Positions 30,371 through 40,629 of a stretch of DNA of 64,000 nt are shown one piece after another. Source of the stretch: Candidatus Heimdallarchaeota archaeon. Lineage in GTDB: Archaea; Asgardarchaeota; Heimdallarchaeia; Hodarchaeales; Hodarchaeaceae. The notes beneath the pieces were generated by a model. That model made no database searches. It was not told where the DNA came from and was given only the letters and a program-made list of their open reading frames with translations. Where the stretch lies: positions 32,001-96,000 of the forward strand of contig RDOB01000002.1 in assembly GCA_011364965.1 (NCBI GenBank). The letters are read 5' to 3'. The first letter of the stretch is position 1. The number at the start of each line of letters is the position of its first letter. The position numbers and the translations under genes are program-made.

Positions 30371-33187
30371 ATGACTGAAGTACTGGTATGCCCCATTTGT
30401 AAAAAGGAACAAGAAATACCAACACATTGCAAAAAACCGATGCATATTGAGGAGATAGAGGGAATAAAGACTCTAGTTTGTTGGATGGGGCGTTCATGTG
30501 GAGTTTTAAATCTTCCCACTCATTGTAATAGACCGATGGAGATACATCTACCCAGTCTGAGAGTTGATGATTCAGAGATAGAAGAACACATGGAAAATTC
30601 TGTTATTACCCCGAATCCAGATAATTTAGATGAACTTAAAACTAAAGATCTGCGAATCGGGGGTATGACGTGTGCCAGTTGTGTAGCTACGGTAGAGAAG
30701 GGGTTGAAAGACTTACGGGGAGTTCAAGAAGTATCAGTTAATTTAATGACTGAAACTGCACATATTATCTATGATTCCAAGTTACTTTCAACAAAAAACA
30801 TCATTGAACAAGTCCAAAAAGTTGGATATTCTGCTTTAGACTTATCTGTAGAAGATCAATCTAAGCGTGAAGTAGTTCTACGGATTTCTGGTATGTCGTG
30901 TGCGAGCTGCGTTAACACAGTTGAAAAGGCCCTCAATTCAAAAAAAGGAGTTATGAATGTTACTGTTAACCTAGCAACAGAAAAGGCTCAAATCAACTAT
31001 AATTCTGCTGAAATAAAAGTTGATGAGCTAATTAAGAGTATTAAAGACGTGGGTTACGATGCAAAAGAAATTAGTCGAAGTTATAAAGTTGATGATAGAG
31101 AAAAAGAACAACGAAAGAAAGAATTTCGACTTCAGCGGATTCGATTGATCAGTGCTATTTTATTTAGTATTCCAATCCTTATATATAGTTTAGGCTATAC
31201 AATTGGTTTTAGATTTCCTTTATTGATACCAGTCGACATTCTTCCTGGAATAAATTCACGACAATTACTTGTAATGATCTTTACAATTCCCGTGATGTTT
31301 GGGTCCGGTTGGCAGTTCCATTATGGTGCAGTGAAAGTATTACGCCATAAACAATTCAATATGGATGTTTTGATATTTATAGGGACAAACGCAGCATTTT
31401 GGTATTCAATACTCACCCTCTTCATTTTTCGAGAAGGCGCAGTTTTTTTCGAAACTGCGGCATTATTAATCACATTTTTGCTCATAGGTAAGTTTTTAGA
31501 GGCTAGAGCAAAAGGACAGACCTCTCAAGCGATTAGAAAATTAATTGACTTGCAGGCTAAAGAGGCTTCCATAATTCAAAATGATAGAGAAATTAAAATA
31601 CCAATAGAAGATGTAGAAGTTGGAATGATTTTAATCATACGCCCAGGAGAGAAAATTCCAACAGATGGAATAGTTCTTGAAGGAATTTCTTCCGTTGATG
31701 AATCTATGATAACAGGAGAGTCAATGCCAGTTATGAAAGAGAAGGGTAATTCAGTAGTAGGAGCTACGATTAATAAAAATGGACTTTTGAAAATCAAAGC
31801 TACCAGAGTGGGTTCAGATACAGCATTGGCGCAAATCATTCAACTTGTTGAGAATGCTCAGGCTTCAAAGGCTCCTATACAGCGATTAGCGGATAAAGTA
31901 GCTGGGGTATTCGTTCCCAGCGTTATTATAATCTCAATCTTTACATTTTTCTTCTGGTATGTAGGCTTTACCACTGGTATGCTGCCTATAATTTTGCTAG
32001 AGAATCAAGGTACGGATCCATTTGTTTTTTCTTTTAAATTAATGATTGCTGTGTTGGTGATTGCTTGTCCATGTGCCTTAGGTTTAGCTACTCCAACTGC
32101 TATAATGGTAGGAACTGGAAAAGGAGCTGAAAAGGGTATTTTAATAAAAAGTGCTGAAGCGTTGGAGTCAGCTCATAAATTGGATACCATTGTATTTGAT
32201 AAAACTGGAACAATAACAGAGGGACATCCTCAAGTAACAGATATCCGAATGATCTCATCACAATTATCTGAGGATGAAATTCTGCAATATATTGCCTCTG
32301 CAGAATTAGGTTCTGAACATCCTCTAGCTCAAGCGATTGTAGAAACCGCAAAAGAGAGGAAACTTGATCTTTGGGAACCAAGCGAATTTGAAGCTATTCC
32401 AGGTTATGGGATTCGATCAATAATTGCTGGAAAACAAATCCTTGCAGGAAAATTAAATTTATTTGAAGATCAGAAACTAAAAACTGGTTTCATCAATAGC
32501 CATGTTAACGAACTTGAAAATCAGGCCAAAACAACTGTAATTGTGGGTATTGACTCTGAAATTATTGCTGTTCTTGGAATATCCGATCCAGTGAAGAAAT
32601 ATAGCAAAGAGGCCATGAGAGCATTAGATCTACTTGGAATCAACGTAAATCTTGTTACAGGGGATAATCGACGCACTGCTGAAGTTATTGCTACGAATGT
32701 AGGCATTACGAATGTTATTGCAAATGTTCTACCAAAGAATAAGGCTGATGTGATTAAAAGCATGCAGGAGGAGCATAAATTTGTTGGTATGGTTGGGGAT
32801 GGCATAAATGACGCTCCTGCATTAGCACAGGCTAACATTGGATTTGCTTTGGGAAGTGGAACAGATATTGCTATAGATACAGGAGATATTGTCCTAATAA
32901 AGGAAGATTTGAGAGACGTTGTTGCTTCTATCCAGCTTAGTCGAAAAACATTGAGTAAAATAAAGCAAAACTTATTTTGGGCTTTCATTTATAATATAAT
33001 AGGTATTCCAATAGCAGCAGGAGTCTTATTCCTTCCTTTGGGAATAACTCTTGTACCAGAGATTGCAGCTGCAGCGATGGCATTCAGTTCTGTATCAGTT
33101 ATTAGTAATAGTTTATTATTACGGTTCTATACGCCAGAAATTCATCGAATTGAAGCAAATTCAAGTTATTCAATGAATGAAAATTAA
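30371..33187 (+). CDS. copA: Cu(I)-translocating P1B-type ATPase with two HMA domains and extra N-terminal Cys/His domain
   Basis: [48 protein letters not shown]. Confidence 0.96.
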   Translation: MTEVLVCPICKKEQEIPTHCKKPMHIEEIEGIKTLVCWMGRSCGVLNLPTHCNRPMEIHLPSLRVDDSEIEEHMENSVITPNPDNLDELKTKDLRIGGMTCASCVATVEKGLKDLRGVQEVSVNLMTETAHIIYDSKLLSTKNIIEQVQKVGYSALDLSVEDQSKREVVLRISGMSCASCVNTVEKALNSKKGVMNVTVNLATEKAQINYNSAEIKVDELIKSIKDVGYDAKEISRSYKVDDREKEQRKKEFRLQRIRLISAILFSIPILIYSLGYTIGFRFPLLIPVDILPGINSRQLLVMIFTIPVMFGSGWQFHYGAVKVLRHKQFNMDVLIFIGTNAAFWYSILTLFIFREGAVFFETAALLITFLLIGKFLEARAKGQTSQAIRKLIDLQAKEASIIQNDREIKIPIEDVEVGMILIIRPGEKIPTDGIVLEGISSVDESMITGESMPVMKEKGNSVVGATINKNGLLKIKATRVGSDTALAQIIQLVENAQASKAPIQRLADKVAGVFVPSVIIISIFTFFFWYVGFTTGMLPIILLENQGTDPFVFSFKLMIAVLVIACPCALGLATPTAIMVGTGKGAEKGILIKSAEALESAHKLDTIVFDKTGTITEGHPQVTDIRMISSQLSEDEILQYIASAELGSEHPLAQAIVETAKERKLDLWEPSEFEAIPGYGIRSIIAGKQILAGKLNLFEDQKLKTGFINSHVNELENQAKTTVIVGIDSEIIAVLGISDPVKKYSKEAMRALDLLGINVNLVTGDNRRTAEVIATNVGITNVIANVLPKNKADVIKSMQEEHKFVGMVGDGINDAPALAQANIGFALGSGTDIAIDTGDIVLIKEDLRDVVASIQLSRKTLSKIKQNLFWAFIYNIIGIPIAAGVLFLPLGITLVPEIAAAAMAFSSVSVISNSLLLRFYTPEIHRIEANSSYSMNEN

Positions 33188-33435
33188 ATAGTAAGAATTT
33201 TGAGATTAATTCATTCAGTTTCCAATCTTTAAGAGAAATCAATGAAATTTGCTCATATTCTAATCCTAATTGCGACAGAAATATAAATTGATATTCTCCT
33301 CATTATAATTGACTAATAGAATATACTATCCCCATTATTGACTCAATATTTGAAATCTCTGACTGAATAGGAATTATTCCTTTCTACGGGGAATAAATTC
33401 TATTTCTTAATCCCAAAGAGGAGAACATTTGAAAT

Positions 33436-34437
33436 ATGTACGAAGCAGATCCCATTCAGCTTTTATCAAAAGTTGATTATTCTCGTGCAGACACCTTTGG
33501 TGATCGCGCTTGTGCCTTATCACGCCTCATTTCTAAAGGATATAAGGTACCCCAAGGAGTTGTTGTATCCACAAAAGTGTTTAAACGTTTCTTAAACATA
33601 ATGCCAGGAGCGAAGAGGATCGATCGACTCATAGACGAAGTTACTCCTCATAATACTGATGAAGTGGCCAAAGAGATCCAAGAAACAATAATTCAATCCC
33701 CTATTCCTATGCCCTTAGCTAACACCATTGCGGAAAAAATTATGATTATGCAAGATGAAATGAAATCTAAGTCAGTCGTCATACGAACCTCAGCTCATGT
33801 GGAAGATTCATCAAGACATTTTTGTTCAGGCCGAGGAGTATATTTCAATTTAACTAACATACGAGAAATGATTTCAGTCATAAAAAACTGCTGGGCTGCA
33901 GCGTACACTGGAGACGTTTTAAGAGATTTAGTTTTGGCAGGATTGCCACCAGATACTGTTAGGATTGCTGTTATAATTGAAGAAATGATGGAAGCGAAAA
34001 CAAGTGGGATTTTGAGTATAAAAAGCGATGATGTAAGTCCTAATGATATCCAAATTCGGTCAAATTGGGGATATCATACAGCATCTGCTAATCTTGGTTC
34101 CTGTTGCGATCAAATAACAATCGATAAAAACGGAATTGGGGAACCTATTACCACTTTTACTTCGTATAAAGACAAAATTACAAAAATTCCCCCCTCATCA
34201 CGTCACCCTGTCGTAGTTGAAAACGATCCAAATCGCAAGAATGAGCTGTCATTGAATACAGAACAAATTGAAACATTAATCCGTTTAGCAAAGAAAGTTA
34301 AACGAGATTTCGAAATTGATTACGATATAGAATTTCTATTTGATGAATCTGATTCTCTGTGGGTTCTGGATGCTATTCCAAAATCTAGAAGTCGTGGAAC
34401 GCAACGGATAGGAAAAAGCGTGAATGCAACCGAATGA
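33436..34437 (+). CDS. Stand-alone PEP synthase/PPDK N-terminal (ATP-grasp) domain, degenerate
   Basis: GDRACAL..L...GYKVPQG, IRTSAHVED, IKNCWA, AVIIEEM, DIEF, WVLDAIP (canonical ilQaRP). Confidence 0.8.
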   Translation: MYEADPIQLLSKVDYSRADTFGDRACALSRLISKGYKVPQGVVVSTKVFKRFLNIMPGAKRIDRLIDEVTPHNTDEVAKEIQETIIQSPIPMPLANTIAEKIMIMQDEMKSKSVVIRTSAHVEDSSRHFCSGRGVYFNLTNIREMISVIKNCWAAAYTGDVLRDLVLAGLPPDTVRIAVIIEEMMEAKTSGILSIKSDDVSPNDIQIRSNWGYHTASANLGSCCDQITIDKNGIGEPITTFTSYKDKITKIPPSSRHPVVVENDPNRKNELSLNTEQIETLIRLAKKVKRDFEIDYDIEFLFDESDSLWVLDAIPKSRSRGTQRIGKSVNATE

Positions 34438-34497
34438 AAAAGCAATAGCTGTATCATCAATCTGCATTCATCAATATAAAGAAAGTTTTGGTTACCA

Positions 34498-35700
34498 TCA
34501 AGAATACCAAAAATCAGCATAAAATGACAGCTCTAGAGCTTCCCTTACTGGAGTTTTTATTTGATAATTAACCTCACGTCCTTCCTTTTCGTACTTCACA
34601 ATTTTCTCCTGAACAAGTCTTTGACATTGATAAGTAAGTGAAGAATCTTTGATACCTGTTCGTTCTTGTAGATCAGATCGTTTAATTATCCCTTCTTGGG
34701 AATTTAATACTAACATCTCTTCTAAAACAGGTTTCCAAGATTTATTGAGTTTATGACGAAAGTTTAAGTTTTCTAGAAGCGAACTAGCATGAGGAGAAGA
34801 AGTTAATTCTTGGATGATCGGACGGAATCTATCAACTTCATTCAAAAGTTTGATTACAGGCCCAAAATCGAAAAATGATGCAATTTTATAGATTTGATAC
34901 GGATCCGTAAAGATTTGAGGCCATATATGCTGATATAATTCAATAACTTCACGGACAAACCACAAAGCTAAACCAGGTAAACCGAAAGATAAAACTCCAA
35001 GAGTTTCAATTACTTCGGTTCTGAAGGGGTGGGGTCTTCCGATGATTTTTAAGCGGGTATTAATAATTTCAGTAATTTCAGATATTGAACAAGGATTAAA
35101 GAAGAAGCTTTCACATGGAATTCGATCCAAAAGAGAATGTTTAGAACGAATTAATTTATAATCTTGAGAATTAACAGCAGAAATAAGGAGGATGCTGTCC
35201 TTATTCGATTCTTTTAGTAAATAATCTTCAATAGATAGGTTCTCTGATAACTTAATTTTAGGAATTGCGCCATCGAAAGCAAATATGCGTGTATCCTCAA
35301 AATTTCGTTTTTCTAGATCATCCCAGAAAGTAGATTCCCCATGAAAGACTTGCATATAGTTGGGGCCTTTTATGTGATTATAACTTTTCGCAATACTGTC
35401 TAGTGCCGTGGATTTTCCCACGCGATCAGGTCCGATGACAATTAGTTGATGAATATTATGTGGATTTATATTAAAACCATACAAAAGATCTCGGATGAGT
35501 TTTGCCAAGTTTTCAATTGTTTTAGTGGATACAACTGCATTAGGATTTTTTTGCGCAAACTGATCTGTAAAGGACTCTAAAAATATTGCATTCTCCAGAC
35601 TAGGAGGGGATACTGAAGGACTTATGAGTATTTGAGTAATTTTACGGTGAGCTGAACCAAGAGTTTCCACATTATCAATTTGTTTATTAGGTGCAGTCAC
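34498..35700 (-). CDS. P-loop (AAA-like) ATPase with C-terminal winged helix
   Basis: GPDRVGKST Walker A, IFAFDG Walker B-like, GLPGLAL, C-terminal RSDLQERTGIKDSSLTYQCQRLVQEKIV...GREVNY. Confidence 0.75.
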   Translation of the reverse strand: MTAPNKQIDNVETLGSAHRKITQILISPSVSPPSLENAIFLESFTDQFAQKNPNAVVSTKTIENLAKLIRDLLYGFNINPHNIHQLIVIGPDRVGKSTALDSIAKSYNHIKGPNYMQVFHGESTFWDDLEKRNFEDTRIFAFDGAIPKIKLSENLSIEDYLLKESNKDSILLISAVNSQDYKLIRSKHSLLDRIPCESFFFNPCSISEITEIINTRLKIIGRPHPFRTEVIETLGVLSFGLPGLALWFVREVIELYQHIWPQIFTDPYQIYKIASFFDFGPVIKLLNEVDRFRPIIQELTSSPHASSLLENLNFRHKLNKSWKPVLEEMLVLNSQEGIIKRSDLQERTGIKDSSLTYQCQRLVQEKIVKYEKEGREVNYQIKTPVREALELSFYADFWYS

Positions 35701-35783
35701 AATCTATCCTCTACAATAAAATGCGAGAAAATATGGGAAGTCTAGAGCTAAATGATTTAAAACAACTGAAGTATATATAATAT

Positions 35784-35819
35784 TCGAAAAAATCGAAATA
35801 TTCGAAATATCCGACTAAA
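35784..35819. repeat. Four 9-bp tandem units (TCGAAAAAA, TCGAAATAT, TCGAAATAT, CCGACTAAA) upstream of ATPase-wHTH gene
   Basis: Units start at 35784, 35793, 35802 and 35811. Confidence 0.55.
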
Positions 35820-36002
35820 ACATATATAGGGATAATATGCTTATTAGAATAATTCTGAAAAAAAATCAAAGTCGTTAGAAAATCGTTACGATGGAAAACC
35901 ATTTCTCAAGAGGATTTGATTGGCAAAAAAGATGAGAAAAATAATCTTTTGCTAATAGTAATTATGTAAACGTACGAATTATGAGACTTTTCTTGAAAAT
36001 TT

Positions 36003-36908
36003 CTACTTCTTAGTCGTTTTCTTATACAATTCTGCTAATTCGTCAATATCGAATTCATCTATGACTTCTTTTTGCTCTTCTTGTTGCGCAGCGCCTTTTT
36101 CATCTAAAATCGCTCGTAATTTTTCATATTTCGTTCCTTTTATCAAGTCAGGATCATCGAGCTTAGCTTTTCCTTGTTCGGTAATGCTCCATAACTGGCT
36201 CTGTTCATCGTACGCCAAATCCCCCTTTACTCGTAATTTTCTTAGCAAACCGAGGATTTTATCTCGATTGTATTCAACTTGGCCTGTTTGTGAAATAATT
36301 TGCATTTGCCCCAATAGTGTTAATAAAGGAAATCCCTGCTTCTTTTCTGCCAGTATATCAAAGATGTATATCGTTAGAAGTCTTGACATCCGATCTTCAA
36401 GTGGATATTTATCTTCTACCTCACATTCGTTAAGCCATCTTAATATTTCCTCAAACGATTTTGGAATTTTACTAGTTGTCGAGAAAACCCGATGTTGCCT
36501 ATCATATCTATTGAGAATGCCCAATTGATCGATTATAATTGAGGGGTGGACTTTCGCAATATCAATCTTGTTGAATGCAATCGCTAAGGGTTTTCCGATT
36601 GTTAGAGGATTATTCAATATGCTAATAAATTCTCTTTTGACTGTGGGAAAACTAGTTTCATCACTCCCATCTATTACAAAGATAATCGCATCAATATGCT
36701 CTAAATATTCTTCCACAAATCTTCGAACTTCTTTCCTTCCCCCTACTTCAATTATAGTATAATTTCTGTTTTCAAATTCAGTATCGTAAGATTTATGAGC
36801 GGTAGAAGTCATTTCGGGCGTGAATTGCCCTTTTTGATATGAATTTACAAGTGTAGATTTTCCACTCCTTTCCATTCCGTATAAGAGTACGCGAGTTGTT
36901 GCTCTCAA
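36003..36908 (-). CDS. Arf-like small GTPase fused to C-terminal winged-helix-like domain
   Basis: GMERSGKST, IIEVGG, IIFVIDGSD, NKID, FSTTSK; C-terminal ILGLLRKLRVKGDLAYD...WSITEQG. Confidence 0.8.
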   Translation of the reverse strand: MRATTRVLLYGMERSGKSTLVNSYQKGQFTPEMTSTAHKSYDTEFENRNYTIIEVGGRKEVRRFVEEYLEHIDAIIFVIDGSDETSFPTVKREFISILNNPLTIGKPLAIAFNKIDIAKVHPSIIIDQLGILNRYDRQHRVFSTTSKIPKSFEEILRWLNECEVEDKYPLEDRMSRLLTIYIFDILAEKKQGFPLLTLLGQMQIISQTGQVEYNRDKILGLLRKLRVKGDLAYDEQSQLWSITEQGKAKLDDPDLIKGTKYEKLRAILDEKGAAQQEEQKEVIDEFDIDELAELYKKTTKK

Positions 36909-37105
36909 GATTATTCTCCTTGCTTCCTTTTCTTTTCAAATATTAATCGCTTTAGAACTTAAATAATATTACATCTTTTAGTAAAAAAATATTCATTTAC
37001 GCCACTTTTTGTTTTGAGATGTCATGTATGAATATCTTTCCTCTTTATTATTTATTGGTGTTTAAGACTAATTGTTAAAACAACCTGATATTTGAGAGGA
37101 TAAAA

Positions 37106-37693
37106 TTGCCTGTATATAAAATAGCGTTAATTGGTGATGGTGGGGTCGGAAAAACGGCCATTCGTGAGCGATTTTTAGGTAAGGAATTTAATGCTGAATA
37201 TTTACTCACCATTGGCGCCGATTTCGCCATGTGTGACGATAATATAAACGGGAATCCCATTCGTTACCAAATTTGGGATTTAGCAGGCCAAAAACGTTTT
37301 GATGGCGTTCGAGAGGCATATTACCGTGGTTGTATTGGTGCGTTACTTGTCTATGATATCACTCGTCCTGAATCTTTTTACAATATGCCAAAATGGATTA
37401 ATGAGCTTTGGACCAAGAATGGAAAGGGGCGTGTTCCGATCATAGTCGTTGCTAATAAAACGGATTTACACGGACTGGTTGATTCTACTATTCCACCTCA
37501 GGAGGGTTGGAATTTTGCAGCTCAACTAAGTCGATTAACTGAGCCTGAAGGTTTTTCATGCCATTTTATACAAACCTCTGCCAAAATAGGTACTAACATT
37601 ACCAATGCTTTTTCCCTTCTTGGGGTCAATATTGCCAAATTTATGATGAATCAGCCTCTCTCCCCAATTCTTCCGTCTTTAGTAAAAATTTGA
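37106..37693 (+). CDS. Rab-like small GTPase
   Basis: GDGGVGKT, YLLTIGADF, IWDLAGQ, YYRG, LVYDIT, NKTD, TSAK; no C-terminal prenylation Cys. Confidence 0.92.
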   Translation: MPVYKIALIGDGGVGKTAIRERFLGKEFNAEYLLTIGADFAMCDDNINGNPIRYQIWDLAGQKRFDGVREAYYRGCIGALLVYDITRPESFYNMPKWINELWTKNGKGRVPIIVVANKTDLHGLVDSTIPPQEGWNFAAQLSRLTEPEGFSCHFIQTSAKIGTNITNAFSLLGVNIAKFMMNQPLSPILPSLVKI

Positions 37694-37728
37694 TCTTGAG
37701 TATATATGAATGTAGTATAGATATAGGA

Positions 37729-39066
37729 TTAAAGATGAATATTGTGATATTTTTTTGGCAATAAGACTGGAATCTCAATAAGATCTTCATAGAGCTCTGG
37801 CTGTTCGCTATGTATTGGAATGACAAGGTCTGGTTCAATTTTATTAACGATTTTTATCAAATCATATTGTGAAGCGTGCCCTGAGGCATGATATTGTTTG
37901 AATTTCAAATTATAATGATTAATCCATTCCATCATTCGATTGAAATCTAATTCTCCCTCTATATCAAAAGGATCTCCATGTGAATATAGATAAGTGGAGT
38001 GTTGTTTTGGTTTAATGTCAATTAAATCAGGTAGATTCCAAAAATCACAATGAAATACGGCTGTACTCTGATCGAAATTATTTTTTTCCACTAGATGAAG
38101 TTCCTCGAACAATTGTTCCTCCCACTTATAAAATTTCGTTTTAGATCTTTTATAAACCTGAATGTGAGGATCAGTTACAGATGGAATATCAAGATTCGGG
38201 TCATCTTGAAGCATTTTCAATAAATAAGCCTGCTTGGTATTGATTAATAGTTTTCTTCCATTTTCCTTGGTAGCAAGATAAAAGGATCTAAATCGATCAA
38301 TGTCTCTTAATGAATAGTTAGCTATAACTAATTCTTTAGTAGAAGCTATTGTTTTACTAATATCTTCACGAACCTGAATTTCATCCATCGTTGATACTTC
38401 ATTGATATTCGTTCCTTCCATCAGTAAGATATCTGGATTAGAATTTTTAGCTTCTTGAATAAAATCTTTTGTTAAATCTTTCCTCCATCCATGTAAACGA
38501 AGGTCTCCTGAATAGACAATAGTTTTATTTCCTTTAATAATATATCCATATGAACCTGGAATGGAGTGATCAACATGAATAGGTATAATTTCCATCGTTC
38601 CGAGTTGAAAAACATCACCAGTTCTAAATGTTCGAACATTCGATGGCACTTCATCTGTTGCATCACGAATGAAAGGTCGTCCAAATGGGACTCTTGATGT
38701 ATCCTGAATTGATTGGATAATCGTTTTTGCTGTCTCTCCCATAAATATGGGAATTTTTTCATTAAGAAGATTTATATTTCCAAAATGGTCTAAATGAGCA
38801 TGAGATAAAAAACATGCGGTAATATTAGTATCTTTTTTGTTTAAACGAAGATCGGAGGAATAAAATCCATCTATTTCTGGAAGAATTCCGAGTTCAAAAA
38901 AATCTTGTAATCCCTTTGAAGTTCGTGCTTTTAAAAATCCAGAGAAAAACCTTCCTTCTTGTTTGAATGACTTCCCAAAATCTAGTAATATATGTGTATC
39001 TGCATTTTTCAGAAGGAATGCGTTCCCTCCGATCTCGTTTACTCCTCCTAGACATTTTAGTTCCAA
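37729..39066 (-). CDS. Beta-CASP metallo-beta-lactamase nuclease (RNase J-like)
   Basis: GGVNEIGGN, LDFG, SHAHLDH, VDHSIPG, YSGDLR, MEGT, HASGHA, PIHSE. Start reassigned to TTG at 39066 behind a GAGGGA SD. Confidence 0.88.
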   Translation of the reverse strand: MELKCLGGVNEIGGNAFLLKNADTHILLDFGKSFKQEGRFFSGFLKARTSKGLQDFFELGILPEIDGFYSSDLRLNKKDTNITACFLSHAHLDHFGNINLLNEKIPIFMGETAKTIIQSIQDTSRVPFGRPFIRDATDEVPSNVRTFRTGDVFQLGTMEIIPIHVDHSIPGSYGYIIKGNKTIVYSGDLRLHGWRKDLTKDFIQEAKNSNPDILLMEGTNINEVSTMDEIQVREDISKTIASTKELVIANYSLRDIDRFRSFYLATKENGRKLLINTKQAYLLKMLQDDPNLDIPSVTDPHIQVYKRSKTKFYKWEEQLFEELHLVEKNNFDQSTAVFHCDFWNLPDLIDIKPKQHSTYLYSHGDPFDIEGELDFNRMMEWINHYNLKFKQYHASGHASQYDLIKIVNKIEPDLVIPIHSEQPELYEDLIEIPVLLPKKYHNIHL

Positions 39067-39086
39067 TTTGATCCCTCTAACTAACT

Positions 39087-39887
39087 TTAAGGCTTTTGAA
39101 ATATTAAGCAGTAATGATGATGTATGTTGGGGACGAATGAATAGGGCATTCCATACGGCCGAAGAACTTTTTGGTTCTGTAACCAAATTTTTTCTCCTAA
39201 AAATTTAAATTCACTCCTGAGACGCAAAGCTAATTCAAAAGCCAGTGGAAATAGTTCTCCTTTCTCCCTGACATTCTGGACAAAGATAATAAGATGGCCT
39301 TTATCAACTAAGAGTTCTTTTATTTGGAAAAAGATCTGAACCAATTCGCAAAGGAAATTCTCTCTCTCTGAGATTAATCCAAGATCTTTTGGATTTTTTC
39401 CATATTGAAGGTCTAAACCTTTCTTTTTTCTTGCTTTTTGATTATAGTCTTTGCGTTTTGTTAGGATTCGCCAATAGGGAGGAGAAGTTATACATAGAGA
39501 GAATTTTTCCCCCTTGTGTATTAATTCATAAATAATCTCCCGAGCATCCCCTTGATATATTTCTGCGGACGTACGAGATTTAGCTGTATCCACATATTTT
39601 TCGTATAATTCTATACCCACTCCTTCTCGCTGACATTGATCACATGCTACCATTGTTGAACCAGTTCCCAAAAAAGGATCAATAACTTTCTCACCGGGTT
39701 TAGTAAAAAACTCAATGAATTCCTGAATCATGGCTGGTGGGAATGAAGCAGGGTGTAGTTCAATTTCATGTGAGATTTCACTGGCTTTTCCATCAGCAAT
39801 GAACCATGATTTTGTAAATCGTATCCATTCTTTCCCAGTTAAAGCATTAAGCTTATTTCTTGGGTCAACTTGTGAATTATTCTCCAT
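39087..39887 (-). CDS. DNA methyltransferase, N4-cytosine/N6-adenine type (alpha order, SPPY)
   Basis: LNALTGKEW, HPASFP, DPFLGTGST, GIEL, GDAR, TSPPYW. Confidence 0.85.
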   Translation of the reverse strand: MENNSQVDPRNKLNALTGKEWIRFTKSWFIADGKASEISHEIELHPASFPPAMIQEFIEFFTKPGEKVIDPFLGTGSTMVACDQCQREGVGIELYEKYVDTAKSRTSAEIYQGDAREIIYELIHKGEKFSLCITSPPYWRILTKRKDYNQKARKKKGLDLQYGKNPKDLGLISERENFLCELVQIFFQIKELLVDKGHLIIFVQNVREKGELFPLAFELALRLRSEFKFLGEKIWLQNQKVLRPYGMPYSFVPNIHHHYCLIFQKP

Positions 39888-39960
39888 ATTAAACCATTAA
39901 ATTGGGATTAGAGACTATTTAAAAATATGTTAACTTACAAGTTCAATCCGTTCATAAATT

Positions 39961-40617
39961 TTGAGTGGAGACTCTAAACTTATGGAGCTTGAAAGTATTA
40001 TTTTTGATGTGGATGGAACGATTGTTAATAATTCCAATATAATAATTCGCTTATTTAAGGTGCTTGTTAAACGTTATACAGGTAAAGATATGTCAACACA
40101 GGATGTTGTCTCATTATGGGGTCCTCCAGGAAATGAAATATTCAAACGAGTGTTCCCATCTGAAGTTCTCGGTCAAGCCTGGCAAGAGTTTCTAGTTGAA
40201 TATAGAAAATCTCATCCTACTGCTGGTTACTTCACAGTAGATGATTTCAATATAATGAAATCTAAAGTAAAGTATTTAGCAATATTCACAGGGAAAAGTA
40301 GAGAGACTCTTAAGATTAGTTTAGAGACTCTTGGTTTTAATGATATTTTCGACTATATTATGACTGGAAATGATGTTGAACGCTCAAAACCTTATCCTGA
40401 TGCTCTTTTTCAGATTATCGGCGTTTTAAACTTAAATAAAACCAATACGATTTTTATTGGGGATAGTCCTCTCGATATCATTGCTGGGAAGAGCGCAGGG
40501 ATTAAAACGGCCGCAGCGACTTGGGGAAGTGTTGAGTTAGACAATCTACTTGCAACAAATCCTGATTTTGTCTTTAAGAGTCCTAATGATTTTAAGGAGT
40601 TTATTCTAAACGAATAA
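39961..40617 (+). CDS. HAD-superfamily hydrolase (phosphoglycolate phosphatase/PPaX-like)
   Basis: FDVDGT, FTGK, KPYPD, IGDSPLDI.AGK.AG. Confidence 0.9.
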   Translation: MSGDSKLMELESIIFDVDGTIVNNSNIIIRLFKVLVKRYTGKDMSTQDVVSLWGPPGNEIFKRVFPSEVLGQAWQEFLVEYRKSHPTAGYFTVDDFNIMKSKVKYLAIFTGKSRETLKISLETLGFNDIFDYIMTGNDVERSKPYPDALFQIIGVLNLNKTNTIFIGDSPLDIIAGKSAGIKTAAATWGSVELDNLLATNPDFVFKSPNDFKEFILNE

Positions 40618-40629
40618 AGGAATGATTCG

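Noticed and set aside
32521-32988. Long antisense ORFs (also 36061..36528, 29737..30054, 25681..26016, 23474..23776 and others)
   Set aside because: Shadow ORFs on the opposite strand of well-supported genes.
34498-35700. Cdc6/Orc1 with an adjacent replication origin
   Set aside because: Walker B and sensor motifs do not match Cdc6 well, and no ORB-like G-string repeats were seen.
35711-35902. 63-aa ORF with YFEYFDFFEY repeat
   Set aside because: A by-product of the 9-bp DNA repeat in an intergenic region.
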